From the NCBI RefSeq assembly GCF_038025025.1, contig NW_027117347.1, forward strand, positions 1,178,001 to 1,242,000: a DNA stretch of 64,000 nt, in the 5' to 3' direction. Below, piece after piece: positions 52,121 to 64,000 of this stretch (positions are counted from its first letter, which is position 1; each line of letters starts with the position of its first letter). The notes under the pieces were generated by a model. That model was given only the letters and a program-made list of their open reading frames with translations, did no database searches and was not told the origin of the DNA. The DNA is from Phyllosticta citribraziliensis (lineage: Eukaryota). Made by a program: the position numbers and the translations under genes.

Positions 52121-54965
52121 GATGAGGGATGCACTGGTTGAGGAGCGCAAGGCAGTCGAGGGTCGCAGCCGGGGGTTGAGGTCAAGGGCGGCGGTGCCGG
52201 CGTGACGAGGTCAGTTCCGGGGTAGCTCTTGAGGCTCAGCCGTCAGGTGCAGGTATCAGATCGCAGCCGTCACATGGTGGAAGACGAAGAACATGGTATT
52301 CTCAGAGGAAAAGGTTTCTTGGACAGGAAGATGGAAGAGAGTCAAAAGCCAGGGCGAGAGACATGCATGGGTGGACTGGGGAGAAAGAGCACGGTCTGGG
52401 GAAGGTGGATGAGTGTGGATGGCTGATGACGGGTGTGGGCCTTTGAGACCTGAGTCAGTTGGTTGAGCAAGGATTAGACCGCGGAGCCCAGCAGCCCATA
52501 CACTGGCGCCACGTACAGGACAGGACAGGACGAAATGCCTATGCATCTCCCTCCTGGCCCTACCGCGAAGCCACGACCACGACTTTCTTCCCAGCTGGAA
52601 TTCGACAGCCTGTCATGATGGATCATGGATGATGGTGAACTAGCCAGAGCGGACCAAACCCCAGGGGCGGAGGGAGCACGGGCTCCATCACATGCAATCA
52701 ACTGAAGTGAAGTCAGGTCGGTGCAGGTCAACCACAGCACAAAGGTCGCGTGGACCCAAAGTCTCTCTCTTAACCAGGAAGCCCTCATTCTTCCACATTC
52801 TCCCTCGATGCCAAGGTGCCAGTCTGCATTGTTGGAGTCGTTGCCTGCTCTGACTCTCTGCTCCATCCATGGATGTGGCTACATGTACCCGCTGCACTGC
52901 ACGCCCGTCGACTCTTCCAGCGCCCTGCAGACACCCGTTGACCTGCCTGCTTGGCTGGAACCATGGATGTCTGCCACCGTTTTCGCAAGAGCCATCTGTT
53001 CTCTTTGACGTCTCCGATAAAGCACAAGACAAGATCCCAGACACGCCAATCACATTGTTTGGATTGCGCTAACCCCCATGACCTACCCTGGCTTCTTGTG
53101 GACGCTTGGTATACACATTCGCAAAGCCACCGTATTCCTCGTGCTCGTCGAGGCGCAGTCAGATTTCTGCCTAGCTGAACATCTTTTTCAATAATCGTGC
53201 CCATGCACAAAGGTTCCTGAGAAACTTGTCCACGGACTAGGTCCTGACATGGCGCGAAAAGAACTTGAGCCCTCCCTGTCGGTCCCTGATGAATGACGCA
53301 ACTAACATGTACTGTATGCCACGACACCTTGGCTTTTTTGTTTATGCTTGTCCAATTTGGCATGTCGCATTTGCCGGCTGTTCAGTCATCCACAAATCAA
53401 AATAACAAGTCTGCTTGCCAGCGCTCATACATGCTTATTCACCATCATCGCTCGAGAGGCAGACACCGAGCTCCGGACAGCCCACTTTTTCAGCATGGGC
53501 GAACGAGCTCCCGTGAGCATTGACTTCTTTGAGCACGACATCTTCTGAGCCCATCAAGCGACATACAGAATCTACACCTTCCGCAAAAACATCGAAATGA
53601 ATTAGCAAAGATTTATGAAAGCAAGACTGGGGATCAAAAATCCCTGATATCCCAGTCCAAAATCTTCAACATGATTGACTTGCGTGACCGCAAATTTAGC
53701 AGGACCATAAGCGTGCTGCGAATCTGTTCCAGCGCAAGGTACTTGTCTAGGATAGTTGTTTTCGTAGGCATATACCAAAGTACACTAGGAAGAAAGGAAA
53801 AGAGCAAAGAAAAGAGCGACATTCGCTTCATACGAGCAACTAACATGATGGTTCCTTACCGACGGTGAGCATCTCTCTCCCGCTCTGTGATCGACAACAT
53901 CCGAAAGCTTAACATCCGAAAGCTTAGCGAGCGGCTTGTGTAGCGACACCACGGTACACCATCTTTCTGCGTCCGATTGCTAGCGTCTCCACGCCTGCAG
54001 GACAGCGGAGCGATTGAATTAACCTGTTAGTCAATAGATTAATTACCGTATGAGACTAGGTTACTGCCAAATGAGTGTTTTTAGGGGAGAAAAGCTAAGT
54101 ATACGTGGCACTCCTACCCTCTCATCCCTAAAGCGAGCTCGTTTGATTGGTGAATTAATCCTAGAATGCCTCTTGCAGCAGGTGGAGTGCGCGGATACAC
54201 TTGCAATCGGACGTGGAAAGATGGTGTACATCATCGTCAACGCACACCTCCGTGACCCCGCCCCACAGCAAACTACTGCACCATCTAAGTGCCAAGACAC
54301 CTCCTGGAGCATTCGAGTAGATCTATGACAGATCTTTGCAGATGCCACGGATAGCACTGCTAACTCCGTCCGAGAGATTGCAACCCCAGCCACGCGAGGT
54401 GTTGGGTCGATCTTGGCGAAAGACAACAAACTCCAAGTAGTTTGCTTCAAGCGACCAGCAGGTGGTACTAGACACAGCACAATGACAGTACTTACACAAA
54501 GCATCCAAGAGGACACGCGAAATCAGCAGACGGAAGGAAGGTGCCACCAACAAGGACGAGGGAGAAGGGGAGGACAACAGGGCTCGGGCCGCCATGCCTT
54601 CGGCATCGGCACTCAAAAAGATTCCGCTGCTGTGTCTCGCTCACCCGCTGGCAGAGTGGCAGTCCAAGGGGGTAACGGTACCCACAATATTCTGGGGGGT
54701 GTGGGTGCTTTCGCGTGATGTGGGAATCGCATGGGCCCGCGGGCCTCCACATGATTGGACGGCGAAGGAGCGTCGATGTCAAAGCCCAGACGACGCGAGT
54801 GGAGATGCTGCATTAACGGCTGGCAACGACGTGCAGCACGCGACGAAGATCCCGATGCGTGTCGGCGTCTACTTATAAGGTCGAAACCGCTGCTTGTTGC
54901 TTGGTTGCATACAGCACCAACGACCAACCACCACTGTCTCCTTTGACTGCGAGATAGCTTCGACC

Positions 54966-56375
54966 ATGGCGACCACCACGAAATACCAACAGATCTACTC
55001 GAATGGCATCTATCACGGCCTGCCCGTCCACGGCGACGAGCACAAGGGCCTGACGGCCATCGTGACGGGCGCCAACGGCATCAGCGGCCAACACATGCTG
55101 CGCGTACTGGGACAATCGTCGACACGATGGAGCAAAATCTACAGCATGTCGCGGCGGCCACCAGCAGGCGCGCTGCCGGCCAACGTGACGCACATCTCGG
55201 TCGACTTCCTGGGCACGCCCGACAGCATCGCGGACGAGCTGCGCTCCGCCGGCGTCGACCGCGTCGACCACGTCTTCTTCTTCTCGTACATCCAGGTGGC
55301 GCCGGAGCCCGGGCAGCTGCTGTGGTCGAGCGCCGAGGCCATGTGCGTCAAGAACACGGAGCTGCTGGCCAACTTCCTGTCGGCCCTGTCGCTGGCCAGC
55401 TTGGTCCCGCGCCGTGTGATGCTGCAGACGGGTGCAAAGAACTATGGCGTCCATCTGGGCCCGAACAAGGTGCCTCAGGAGGAGACGGACCCGCGCGTCC
55501 TCATCGAGCCCAACTTCTACTATCCCCAGGAGGACTACCTGTTCGAGTGGTGCGCGCGCACCGGCGCCGGCTGGAACGTCGCCAGGCCTGGCCCCATCCT
55601 CGGCGCTGTCCAGGACGCCGCCATCAACTTGGTCTTCCCACTGGCAGTGTACGCCGCCGTGTCGAAGCGTCTGGGACAGCCGCTCGAGTTCCCCAGCGAC
55701 CTGGCGTCATGGGAGACGCTGCAGGACCAGAGCAGCGCCATGATTAACGGGTACCTGGAGGAGTGGGCCGTCTTGACCGACGCCGCAAAGAACCAGGCCT
55801 TCAACGCGGCCGATGGAAGCCACTTTACCTGGGGCCAGTTTTGGCCCATGTTGGCTGACGCGTTTGGCGTCGAATGGAAGGGTCCTTCGTTGGACCCGAC
55901 GCAGTACCAGGTTTCCAAACTGCCCGGCGAAAAGACCCCGAGAGGGTAAGCAGGCTTCACTAACCTACTCGAGGAGTTTGCGCTGACTGTGACATAGCTA
56001 CGGCCCACAAACCGAGTTCCGCCAGCGCTTTTCTCTTGTCGAGTGGGCCAAGCGTCCAGAGGTCCAACAGGCATGGAAGGAGATTGCCAATGAGCACGGC
56101 CTCGTTACCAAGGAGCTCACAAAGGTGGACGAGGTCTTTGCCGTCTTGGAAATAACTCTGTCGAGCGCAGTCTACCCTAACATGAGGTGAGACATCCCAG
56201 CCAGTGCATGATGAAAGGGCGCAATACTGACTGGTTGCCAATTAGCATGGACAAGGCCCGCAGTCTTGGATTCTTTGGCACTGTCAAGTCTACTGACAGC
56301 ATGCTCAAAGTCATTGAGGAGTTTGTCGGTCTGAAGATGATTCCTCCTGTCGGAGTTTTCGCCAAGTCCGCGTAG
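54966..56375 (+). CDS. PRISE / progesterone-5beta-reductase-like atypical SDR (SirQ-like), 3 exons
   Basis: AIVTGANGISG, HVFFFSY, LQTGAKNYG, EPNFYYPQED, NQAFN; introns ~55947-55997 and ~56187-56245. Confidence 0.85.
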
Positions 56376-56720
56376 GTATGGTTGTAGGGTTGATTCTTTC
56401 GCAACCTGTGCTACCGTACGCATTTTGGACGCTTCGTCAAAATCCTATTGCACACGCGGATGTTGGATGTGCATCACTAGATCGAGACCTGGATCATTCA
56501 AGAAATATAAGCAAAAGTGTTCTGATTAGCTTTTGCATGGCCCCCCGTCCTTGTGCTCATACTATACCGACTAACACGACACTCATTCGAAGCGGATCTC
56601 GACAAACTAAAGCCCGTGGGGGTATAGAGCTAAAAGGTAGCAACTTTTGGAAACAGAACATCCTCCAGCAAACAAACAGGCGCTAAGAAGTAATTCGAGA
56701 TGGGCATACTCGTTCGGCGT

Positions 56721-57850
56721 TCAGCGCTTGCTGAAGAAATTGGTGAGAGCTGGCTTCTTTCCCTTCCAAGTACTTGGCTGGGACTGGGACTGGGGCTCTG
56801 CTTTCCTCTTCTTCGCCTTCAGGTCCCAGATGTTCTTGCTCGAGCACAGGCTTGCTTGCAACTTGAACTCGTTGTCGGAGTATATCTCCAGATGCGTGTA
56901 CGCATCGGTCTTGTAGTAGATTGCATGGTCTTTGGATGCCAGACCCATCTCAGTTAGCGCTCGCAACACACGCTTCATGTCCTCAATGTCGAAGCAATCC
57001 TTGGTATAGACGCAGATCAGACGGATATCCTCGGGCTTTGTTATGGATGTGGTAGCAATCTTGGCAGTGTGGCCAAGTCTTCCGTCAAGTACACCCAGGC
57101 AGATCTGTTTCCAGAACCTTGAGGCATCGGTGATTGACGGTCTCAGCAACCACTTCTCGAGGTTAGCATTCTGCCGAAGACTTGATGTATAAGGCCCGGT
57201 CTTCACCTTGCCGCAAACCATGTTTGTCTGTACCATCAGGCTCTCGATATTATCTTTCAACTTGATTCGATCCTTGAATAGCTTTGACGTCACAGAGCCT
57301 TTTGAAGCAGATGGATTATCACGCTCGATGTTTGCCTTCTTTTGCCGATAAGATTCGAGAAGTTCCTCGCCTTGTGCACCAAATGCTTGTCCATCAGGGC
57401 GATTCTTGTTGTACGCTGTAGAATTGGGGCTCTGTACCCAAATCCAAGGAAAACCGGTGTATTCTGCAACGGTGTCAAGTGGTGACATGCGCTTCACGAA
57501 CTCGTCGACAGTCTCTGTTGGCTGATAGCAGTTCGGGACATCAGGCGGTTCTACTTGCTCATTCGGAAGCTCTTTCTGCGATGTAGTTTGCGAGTCCTCA
57601 GTTTCGGGCTCTGGTGTAATGGGTTTGGGGCGAGTCTTTTCGACTACGATGGGCAGCAATTGGTCGTGGGAGGACCAGTAAGGGCGCGCAGAAAAGGCAG
57701 CGCTCTCTTGCTCCAGCTCTGCTTTGGTCTCGTCGTCCCCTGGTAGCGCATTAGCAATGGCTTCTCCACGCGTATTCAGAATATACCGTAGAAGCTTGAA
57801 TCGGCTGAGATGTAACCATCGCCTGCTCGCTCGGCCTCCTCTGCCGCCAT
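56721..57850 (-). CDS. DUF1917 / UPF0696 (C11orf68-like, eIF4E-like fold) protein
   Basis: MAAEE..GYISADSSFYG exon, intron ~57742-57787; GKW (after splicing), GRLGHTAKIAT, RLICVYTKD, IYYKTDAYTHLEIYSDN. Confidence 0.82.
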
Positions 57851-58019
57851 GGTGGTCAGTTTCGCAGTTGTCCTTGCAACGCAACGAACATGCTGAGAGA
57901 CGAGCAACTTGACGGCGAAGGACAAAAGTGTCGGGAAGGGCAGTGACGTCCGGGTTGGCACCGCCTGCCGCCAACGCCTGGCGGGCCGGGGTCCTTTAGT
58001 GGAGCACGGACTCTGGCCC

Positions 58020-58052
58020 CGACGCGCAACGCGAGAGCGCGTCTTCCGCGTT
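58020..58052. promoter_or_regulatory. Cluster of MCB-like CGCG elements in the ~260-bp divergent promoter
   Basis: gACGCGcaACGCGagagCGCGTcttcCGCGTt lies upstream of DNA primase; ACGCG is the MBF core site. Confidence 0.6.
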
Positions 58053-58112
58053 GTCTTGCAACCGCTCGACCTCAACAACAACCGCACGACAACCCCTCAG
58101 AAATCACCCATA

Positions 58113-59759
58113 ATGCCGCACTCTGTTTCTCCCGAAAAAGACGACATCGACTTACCAGATGCGCCATCTGGAGATGCCTCCGCAGACAATTCCCAAGCCC
58201 CGCCTCCGTCCAGTCCCCCAATCAACACCTCGGCCGACGATGAGGCTCTGGAAGAAATGCTAGACGCAGAGGATTCTGATGACGAGTTCACCTCAAGTGC
58301 TCAAACACAGCAACCACAGGCGAATGAAGTGTTCGTCATTTTGTTCGGCAGTCGGCCGGCGCGTTGCTAACGTGCAGCAGACACAGCACGCCTGAGGAAA
58401 GATTCACAGACCCAGAAGTTATGAGAGCATTCTACCAGCGCCTGTTCCCTTTCCGATATCTTTTCCAGTGGCTCAACCACTCGCCGTCTCCAACGAACGA
58501 CTTTGGTCACCGAGAGTTCGCTTTCACTCTGCAGAATGACGTCTATCTCCGATACCAATCCTTTCCAACAGCGGATCTGTATGCCACGGTCCATTTGTTT
58601 GCAAGAATGACTTGCTGATGTTTGAACTCAGATTCCGCAAGCAGTGCATCCAAATGACGCCCTCGCGTTTCGAAATCGGTCCAGTCTACTCGACGAATCC
58701 GCGCGACCGCAAGACCCTCAGCAAAGTCAGCGCATTCCGTCCTATTTCCAAAGAGCTGGTCTTCGACATTGATATGACGGACTACGACGAGATAAGAACA
58801 TGCTGCTCAGGGGCGAACATCTGCAAGCGGTGTTGGACGTTTATAACCATGGCCATCAAGGTGGTGGACGTGGCTCTGAAGGAGGACTTTGGGTTCAAGC
58901 ATGTGTTGTGGGTATACTCAGGTCGTCGTGGTGCTCACGCTTGGGTTTGCGACAAGAGGGCGAGGGACTTGGATGATCAGAAGAGAAGATCGATTGCAGG
59001 GTACTTGGAGCTGCTCAAGGGAGGGAGTCAAGGTGGTAAAAGGGTCAACGTGAGAAGACCGCTGCATCCGCATCTCGAGTAAGTCGCCAGGTTCGAGCAA
59101 ATGTCGTGTTTTTCTCTGCTAACGATCCTTCCAGGAGAAGCTTGAACATGTTACGGGAGCACTTTCAGAACGACGTTCTCTATGAACAAGATCCTTGGGC
59201 AACACCCGAAAAGTTCAACCATCTCCTTGGCCTACTGCCCGACAAGAAGCTTGCCGAAGCACTCAAGAGAAAATGGGAGTCTGCTCCTTCCCGTCCCTCG
59301 TCACAAAAATGGGCCGATATTGATAGCCTTGCTTCCTCGGGTGCATCAAGCACACTCGACACAAAGGCGTTGAAGGAAGCTAAGCAAGACATCCTTCTCG
59401 AATACACTTACCCGCGTCTTGATGCCGAGGTCTCGAAGAAACTGAACCATTTGCTCAAATCGCCATTCTGTGTGCATCCCGGAACCGGTCGAATTTGCGT
59501 GCCTATCGACACGAGGAGTGTAGACGAGTTTGACCCTTTGGAAGTGCCGAAAGTGAGCGAGTTGCTCGACGAAATCGATAAGTGGGATAAGGAAAACGCA
59601 GGCAAGATGGATGAAGACGCGGCGAAGAAGATTCCTGATTGGGAAAAGACAAGACTGAGGGGCTACGTGGACTTCTTCCGCGGCTTCGTCACATCTGTTC
59701 TCAAAGAGGAGCAGACGGCAAAGAGAACAAGGGAGGATAGCGAGGGCATGGAGTTTTAG
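58113..59759 (+). CDS. PRI1: DNA primase small subunit (4 exons)
   Basis: FYQRLFPF, REFAFTL, KELVFDIDMTDYD, WVYSGRRGAHAWVCD, YPRLD, HLLKSPFCVHPGTG. Confidence 0.97.
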
Positions 59760-60801
59760 AATTCGGGCTTTCCATATCTTGACTAGGTGCTGTTCACTGT
59801 TGGTTGGCGGGTGTGTGGAGAGGCTTCCCTATGAAGCTCTAATAGAGAAAGCGAAAGCGAAAGCGGATACGTTAGCGCTTCGAGAACCTTGACACGACGC
59901 CAACGTCGTTTTCTGAGCGGTCAGGTCTGTTTCGTCGTGTCAGAGCAACCCGGGAATAAGCAAAGATCAGGGCAAGCAGAGGAGATGCAGCCGTTTCTCA
60001 GCGAGGGTTGATAGCCCGGCGGTGCTCGCTTTCGCTTTCATGGCACCAGCAGGCCAATCAAACCCGATCCCCACTGCTCCTAGCCGCAGCAGGGTCTCCC
60101 GAGGAACGCATCGCGGGGTGGTTACAACGCCGAGCTCCAGCCTGGAGTTATAAAAAAGACCCATCGTGTCGCTGGCTTGTTTGGCGCAGTGTCTGCAATT
60201 TTCAAATCCGGTTGTTGCAGTCAGTGATGCCCCTCTCCCACGGCGTGCCCTCTCCGCCTCTCAAACCATCCACGTCGGCTGGGATGTTGCAAACAATCTC
60301 TGGCCAAGTTCCCGCAGACTTGCCCCAGCTCTGCTTGTATGTCGACGTCTTCTAACATTCTCGTTTCTGCCGTGTCAAGCACGCTCGCGGACGTGGTTGG
60401 CGCCGAAGCGTTCCCGGCTTTCTCGGCGGGGCTGGATTGAGTAAAAGGCAAAAATCATCCGGCGACGACAACAGGAACACTGGTCGCAAAGTGCATCACG
60501 GTGCGGGAGGCAGAGATCAACTCAGAGGCTTGACGCGGGCAGTATGGCGGAGGTGCACGCGGCAGCGCAGTCGCATCGGGAACTGGCGATTGCCAGCACA
60601 TCTAGCCGAATTGAGATGTGGCTCTCCTTTGATTCTCGACGGCTTCCCAGCAGCCAACACCACCGTCATCCCACGACAACCAATCTAACCATCCGGCCTG
60701 AAAGCCTTTCGTGGCCTCCGACCTCTTGCCCGGCGTGGCACTCGGCACCAAGCCTATCCCAACGGCTTCCAGACAAGCCGCTCCGCCCGTGAGACGACGA
60801 A

Positions 60802-62942
60802 ATGCCTCGCTTAGGTACGGAACGACCGCTGGAACCAAAAAGTGGGAGCGGCATCACGCCGAAACCCGCCGACGAACCCCTTGAAGACGTCAGGATGTTA
60901 ACCACTGTCGACGGCAGGCCACAAGAAGAGTCGGAATGGATGTGTCCAATGCAAGCGGCGGCGCGTCAAGGTCGGTGTAGTTCGACTGTTTCGAAAGGTG
61001 CCTATGGTTTACGTCTGCAAGCGGTGCAAGGAGCGCATTGAAGAAAGCTGACCCCTTTTGCCGTCTTCTTACAGTGCGACGAACAGCGGCCCTGTAGTCA
61101 TTGCGCCAGGCACGGCGTCGAGTGCAGTCTGACGCAAGATGGAGTTCCGCCCCCTCCTCCACCTCCGCAGAGAGCATCATACTCTGCTGCCTCTCAGGCT
61201 TCCGGAGACAGCCCGCAGGCTGCATCAACGCAGCACAGCGGCTCCTCTCCCCATGTGAGTCGCTCTGCTTCGTACAAGCTACTTGAAGCCTGTATCAAAG
61301 ACCTTCTGAAATGATTGTACTACTCACTTCATGTATAATACGGCATTAATGTTTAAAAGAGCTGGGGTTATCGGATGGGAAAAACTGCATCGACTTTTAC
61401 ATCGGGTCTTCTGCATTTACTACGAGCATCGTCATTACGAGCCCCTGGAACTCTTGATATCATTCTCCGCAATTTCGCTTTCCCGGTCCCAACGGTGCTC
61501 CATTGGTTTTCCTGGCCGGCTCTCGAGGATGCGGGGATGCGGTATCTTGAGGCCGGAGGACAGGAGGATCTTTGGCGCATGTGCCGTTGGGTCAGAGGTC
61601 TAATGAGGTGCACCGAGGCGATCGATCTGGTCCGAGTACTTTTCTAGCTTGTTCCTGGCCTACGTTACTGTATCATGCTTTGTCGAGAATCATGAAGCGT
61701 TCATTTATTTTGACAAGATGATCGATTGGAAGAGTTTCCTTGGGTCATTCACTGATGTCATTTTAGGATGAAGGCTCAGATTTGGCACAAGCATTCTCAA
61801 CAAGGTCAAGCATCTCACCACACGCAGTAAAGTCTCCGAACAACGCAGACTTGGCCGTGAGGCTAGCGGCGTCAAGCGAAGATAACATGGGCCATTTTCT
61901 TCCAGCAGACCAAAACCCATTTGGCATGTTATCAAAAACCATAAGGGAAAGAGATGTCATGAGCTGTTTTACGCAACAACTCCCCGTCCAGGACTGGCAT
62001 CGAGACCTCCAACTCCTCCACCACTACTCCACAAATACCAGCGTCGCCTTGACCGAGGTGGAGAGCATTCGCCACTGCTATCAAGTCGTCTACCCCAGCA
62101 TAGGCTACTACAGCAAAGCCGTGATGCACGGAATCCTCGGCGTGGCGGCCCTGCACCTCGCACATCTTCAACCGGGCCCGCGCAACAAGTGGCTTTTGAT
62201 CTCCACCAACCACCAAAACCGGGCCATCAGCCAGTTCCGGCTCCAATTGCCCTCCATTACCCCGGACAACTGCGACGAGCTCTACGCTCTATCTAGCTTG
62301 ACGACCATGTTCCGCTGCGCCTCCTTGCCTATACCGACAGACCCCCACCAGCCCGACGCCATCGACGACACGCTCGAATGCTTCATGCTGACGCGCGGCG
62401 TCAACGAAGTCCTCAAGACGTCGTACGTATGGGTCGGCAACGGGCCGCTACTCCCCATGCTCATCCCGGATCGACTGGCACCGCACATACCCTTCGGCTC
62501 GGCCGTGCAAACACCGCTCGACGAGTACGGGCTGCAGCCGCAGTTCGACGAGCTGCGCGGGCTCGTGACGCACGAGGCGTTCGACCCGCCGCTGCGCGCG
62601 ACGCTGCTCGTGGCGCTGGCCGACCTGTCGCTCTGCTACCACCGCATCCTGGCGCAGCCCGCAGACCGCGAGCCCGGCATCGTCGTCATGTTCCCCATCC
62701 GCGTCTCGCCCGAGTACATGTTCATGGTGCGCCAGCGCCACCCGGCCGCCCTCGTCCTGCTGGCCTACTGGTGCTGCTTGGTGCACAACCACTCGAATTA
62801 CTGGTGGTGGGGCGATCGTGGCAGGAGGGTTGTGCTCGCCGTCCACGATTCGCTGGAGGAGCGTTGGCGGAGCTACCTTGAGTGGCCCATGCGGTATGTT
62901 GCTGATGATGGTAATGTGGGCAAGCCGAAGATTATACAATGA
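60802..62942 (+). CDS. Zn(II)2Cys6 transcription factor, Upc2/Ecm22-like (4 exons)
   Basis: Spliced N-terminus MPRLGHKKSRNGCVQCKRRRVK|CDEQRPCSHCARHGVEC (introns 60815-60917, 60971-61073, 61255-61766); C-terminal DLQLLHHY..ILGVAALHLA..HPAALVLLAYW..YLEWP. Confidence 0.88.
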
Positions 62943-63438
62943 TAGGATCCAAGTCCGCGCGCCCTCCGTGGCCGTGGCTGCCAGGATTCGGCCCGTAGTC
63001 GTACTCGGCATGGGTGTCGATGATTGCGGTGAAAGTCCGTCGTGACGAATGACAAAAGTTCTTGGGCGGCAGTAGCGCAAGCGGATGTAGTATTGATTAA
63101 GTGTGTACTAGTCCCAAAAGCTATCTACATGTCCTCAATACGGCTAGCCTTTCACGCATGCATTCGTTCCTGAAGTCGTGACCTTGTGCTCATTATCGTC
63201 GCGTCCGTGAGTGGGGAATCATAAACGTACTTGCCCCTCAAGAAATTTGACTGCTTCCCATCTGATGCATGTCTCCGTGTCTCTATTGAAAGGGAAGGGC
63301 AAAGGCTTGCATGCTTATGGGAATTGAAGCCGACAGTTCTCATCAGACGTCTCAGTCTCCTTGTCTCTCTTTGAAGGGAATGGGAAAGATTTTGTCCTCT
63401 TCAACGAGGTGAAGTTGACCTTTTGCATCAGAACCTCG

Positions 63439-64000
63439 TCATATTTTGACGTCCACCGCGACAGCTCGATGGTCGCTTATGAAGACACCGTCGTCAAAGA
63501 GATTGGACAAGACGCCATACCCCTGAACTGTATCCGACGGCAGGACCGCGTCATCCAATGGGCCGGCAAAGACAAAGTCGATGCGAGCCGGGGGCGCGTC
63601 GTTGTCTGGATCTCTGAAACCCGTATATGTAAAGTTGTTTCCGTACCTCTTTTCGGGGCTCACCTTGTCCCTCGCATCGTACAAGACAGACTGGGGACTT
63701 GTAAAGTACTTGTAGGCCTCCTCGTTGGTCTCGCTGTTGAAGTCGCCGGTGAGGAAGACTGGAATCTCGCCCTTTGGCCCGAGCTTGGCGAGGTATTTTT
63801 TGACGAAGCTGGTGATGAGCTCGGCGGACTTGAGCCGCGCCGTGCTGCCTGCGTTGTCCAGGTGCGTGTTCAAGACCAGAACGTGCTTCTTGGTGGTTTG
63901 GTGGCAGAAGCGGCCGACTGTCAGGATTCGAATGGAGCCCGCGTCCCAGCCCTTTGACGGCCTATCGGGCGTCTCGGAGAGCCAGATGGTTTTGGAGTCG
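63439..64000 (-). CDS. Endonuclease/exonuclease/phosphatase-family protein, 3' part
   Basis: IWLSETPD..GWDAG..RI, NTHLD, LTGDFNS, RIDFVF, ISDHRAV motifs; runs off window end. Confidence 0.88.
   Translation of the reverse strand, partial: DSKTIWLSETPDRPSKGWDAGSIRILTVGRFCHQTTKKHVLVLNTHLDNAGSTARLKSAELITSFVKKYLAKLGPKGEIPVFLTGDFNSETNEEAYKYFTSPQSVLYDARDKVSPEKRYGNNFTYTGFRDPDNDAPPARIDFVFAGPLDDAVLPSDTVQGYGVLSNLFDDGVFISDHRAVAVDVKI

Overview
Eukaryotic DNA from a filamentous ascomycete: GT-AG introns with CTRAC branch points and Pezizomycotina-type genes (class unresolved). About 20 protein-coding genes. Conserved genes are VAC7 (partial), Wee1/Swe1 kinase, an Ayg1-type hydrolase, hexokinase, ribosomal eL42, an MRJP/yellow protein, Src1/Heh1, a DUF3824-like RS-rich protein, carnitine carrier CRC1, SUA5, ATG26, a PRISE-type SDR, a DUF1917 protein, PRI1, an Upc2-like Zn2Cys6 factor and an EEP-family gene (partial). 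Two accessory-looking islands stand out. (1) 13.4-18.7 kb: two tandem paralogous small proteins carrying a Som1/Flo8-type 'YQMQL..LEQQNK' motif and ending in SRL, plus an F-box-like gene with a duplicated 3' end and a repeat-built 5' leader. (2) 36.4-44.5 kb: a secreted 9-unit Kex2/Ste13-type polyprotein precursor whose units are 11-mer-periodic charged helices mostly trimmed to an N-terminal Gln, plus a divergent pair of tiny ORFs with identical cysteine spacing. No tRNA, rRNA, intact transposon or CRISPR array was recognised. All family calls come from motif recognition, not database searches, and exon boundaries were read by eye.
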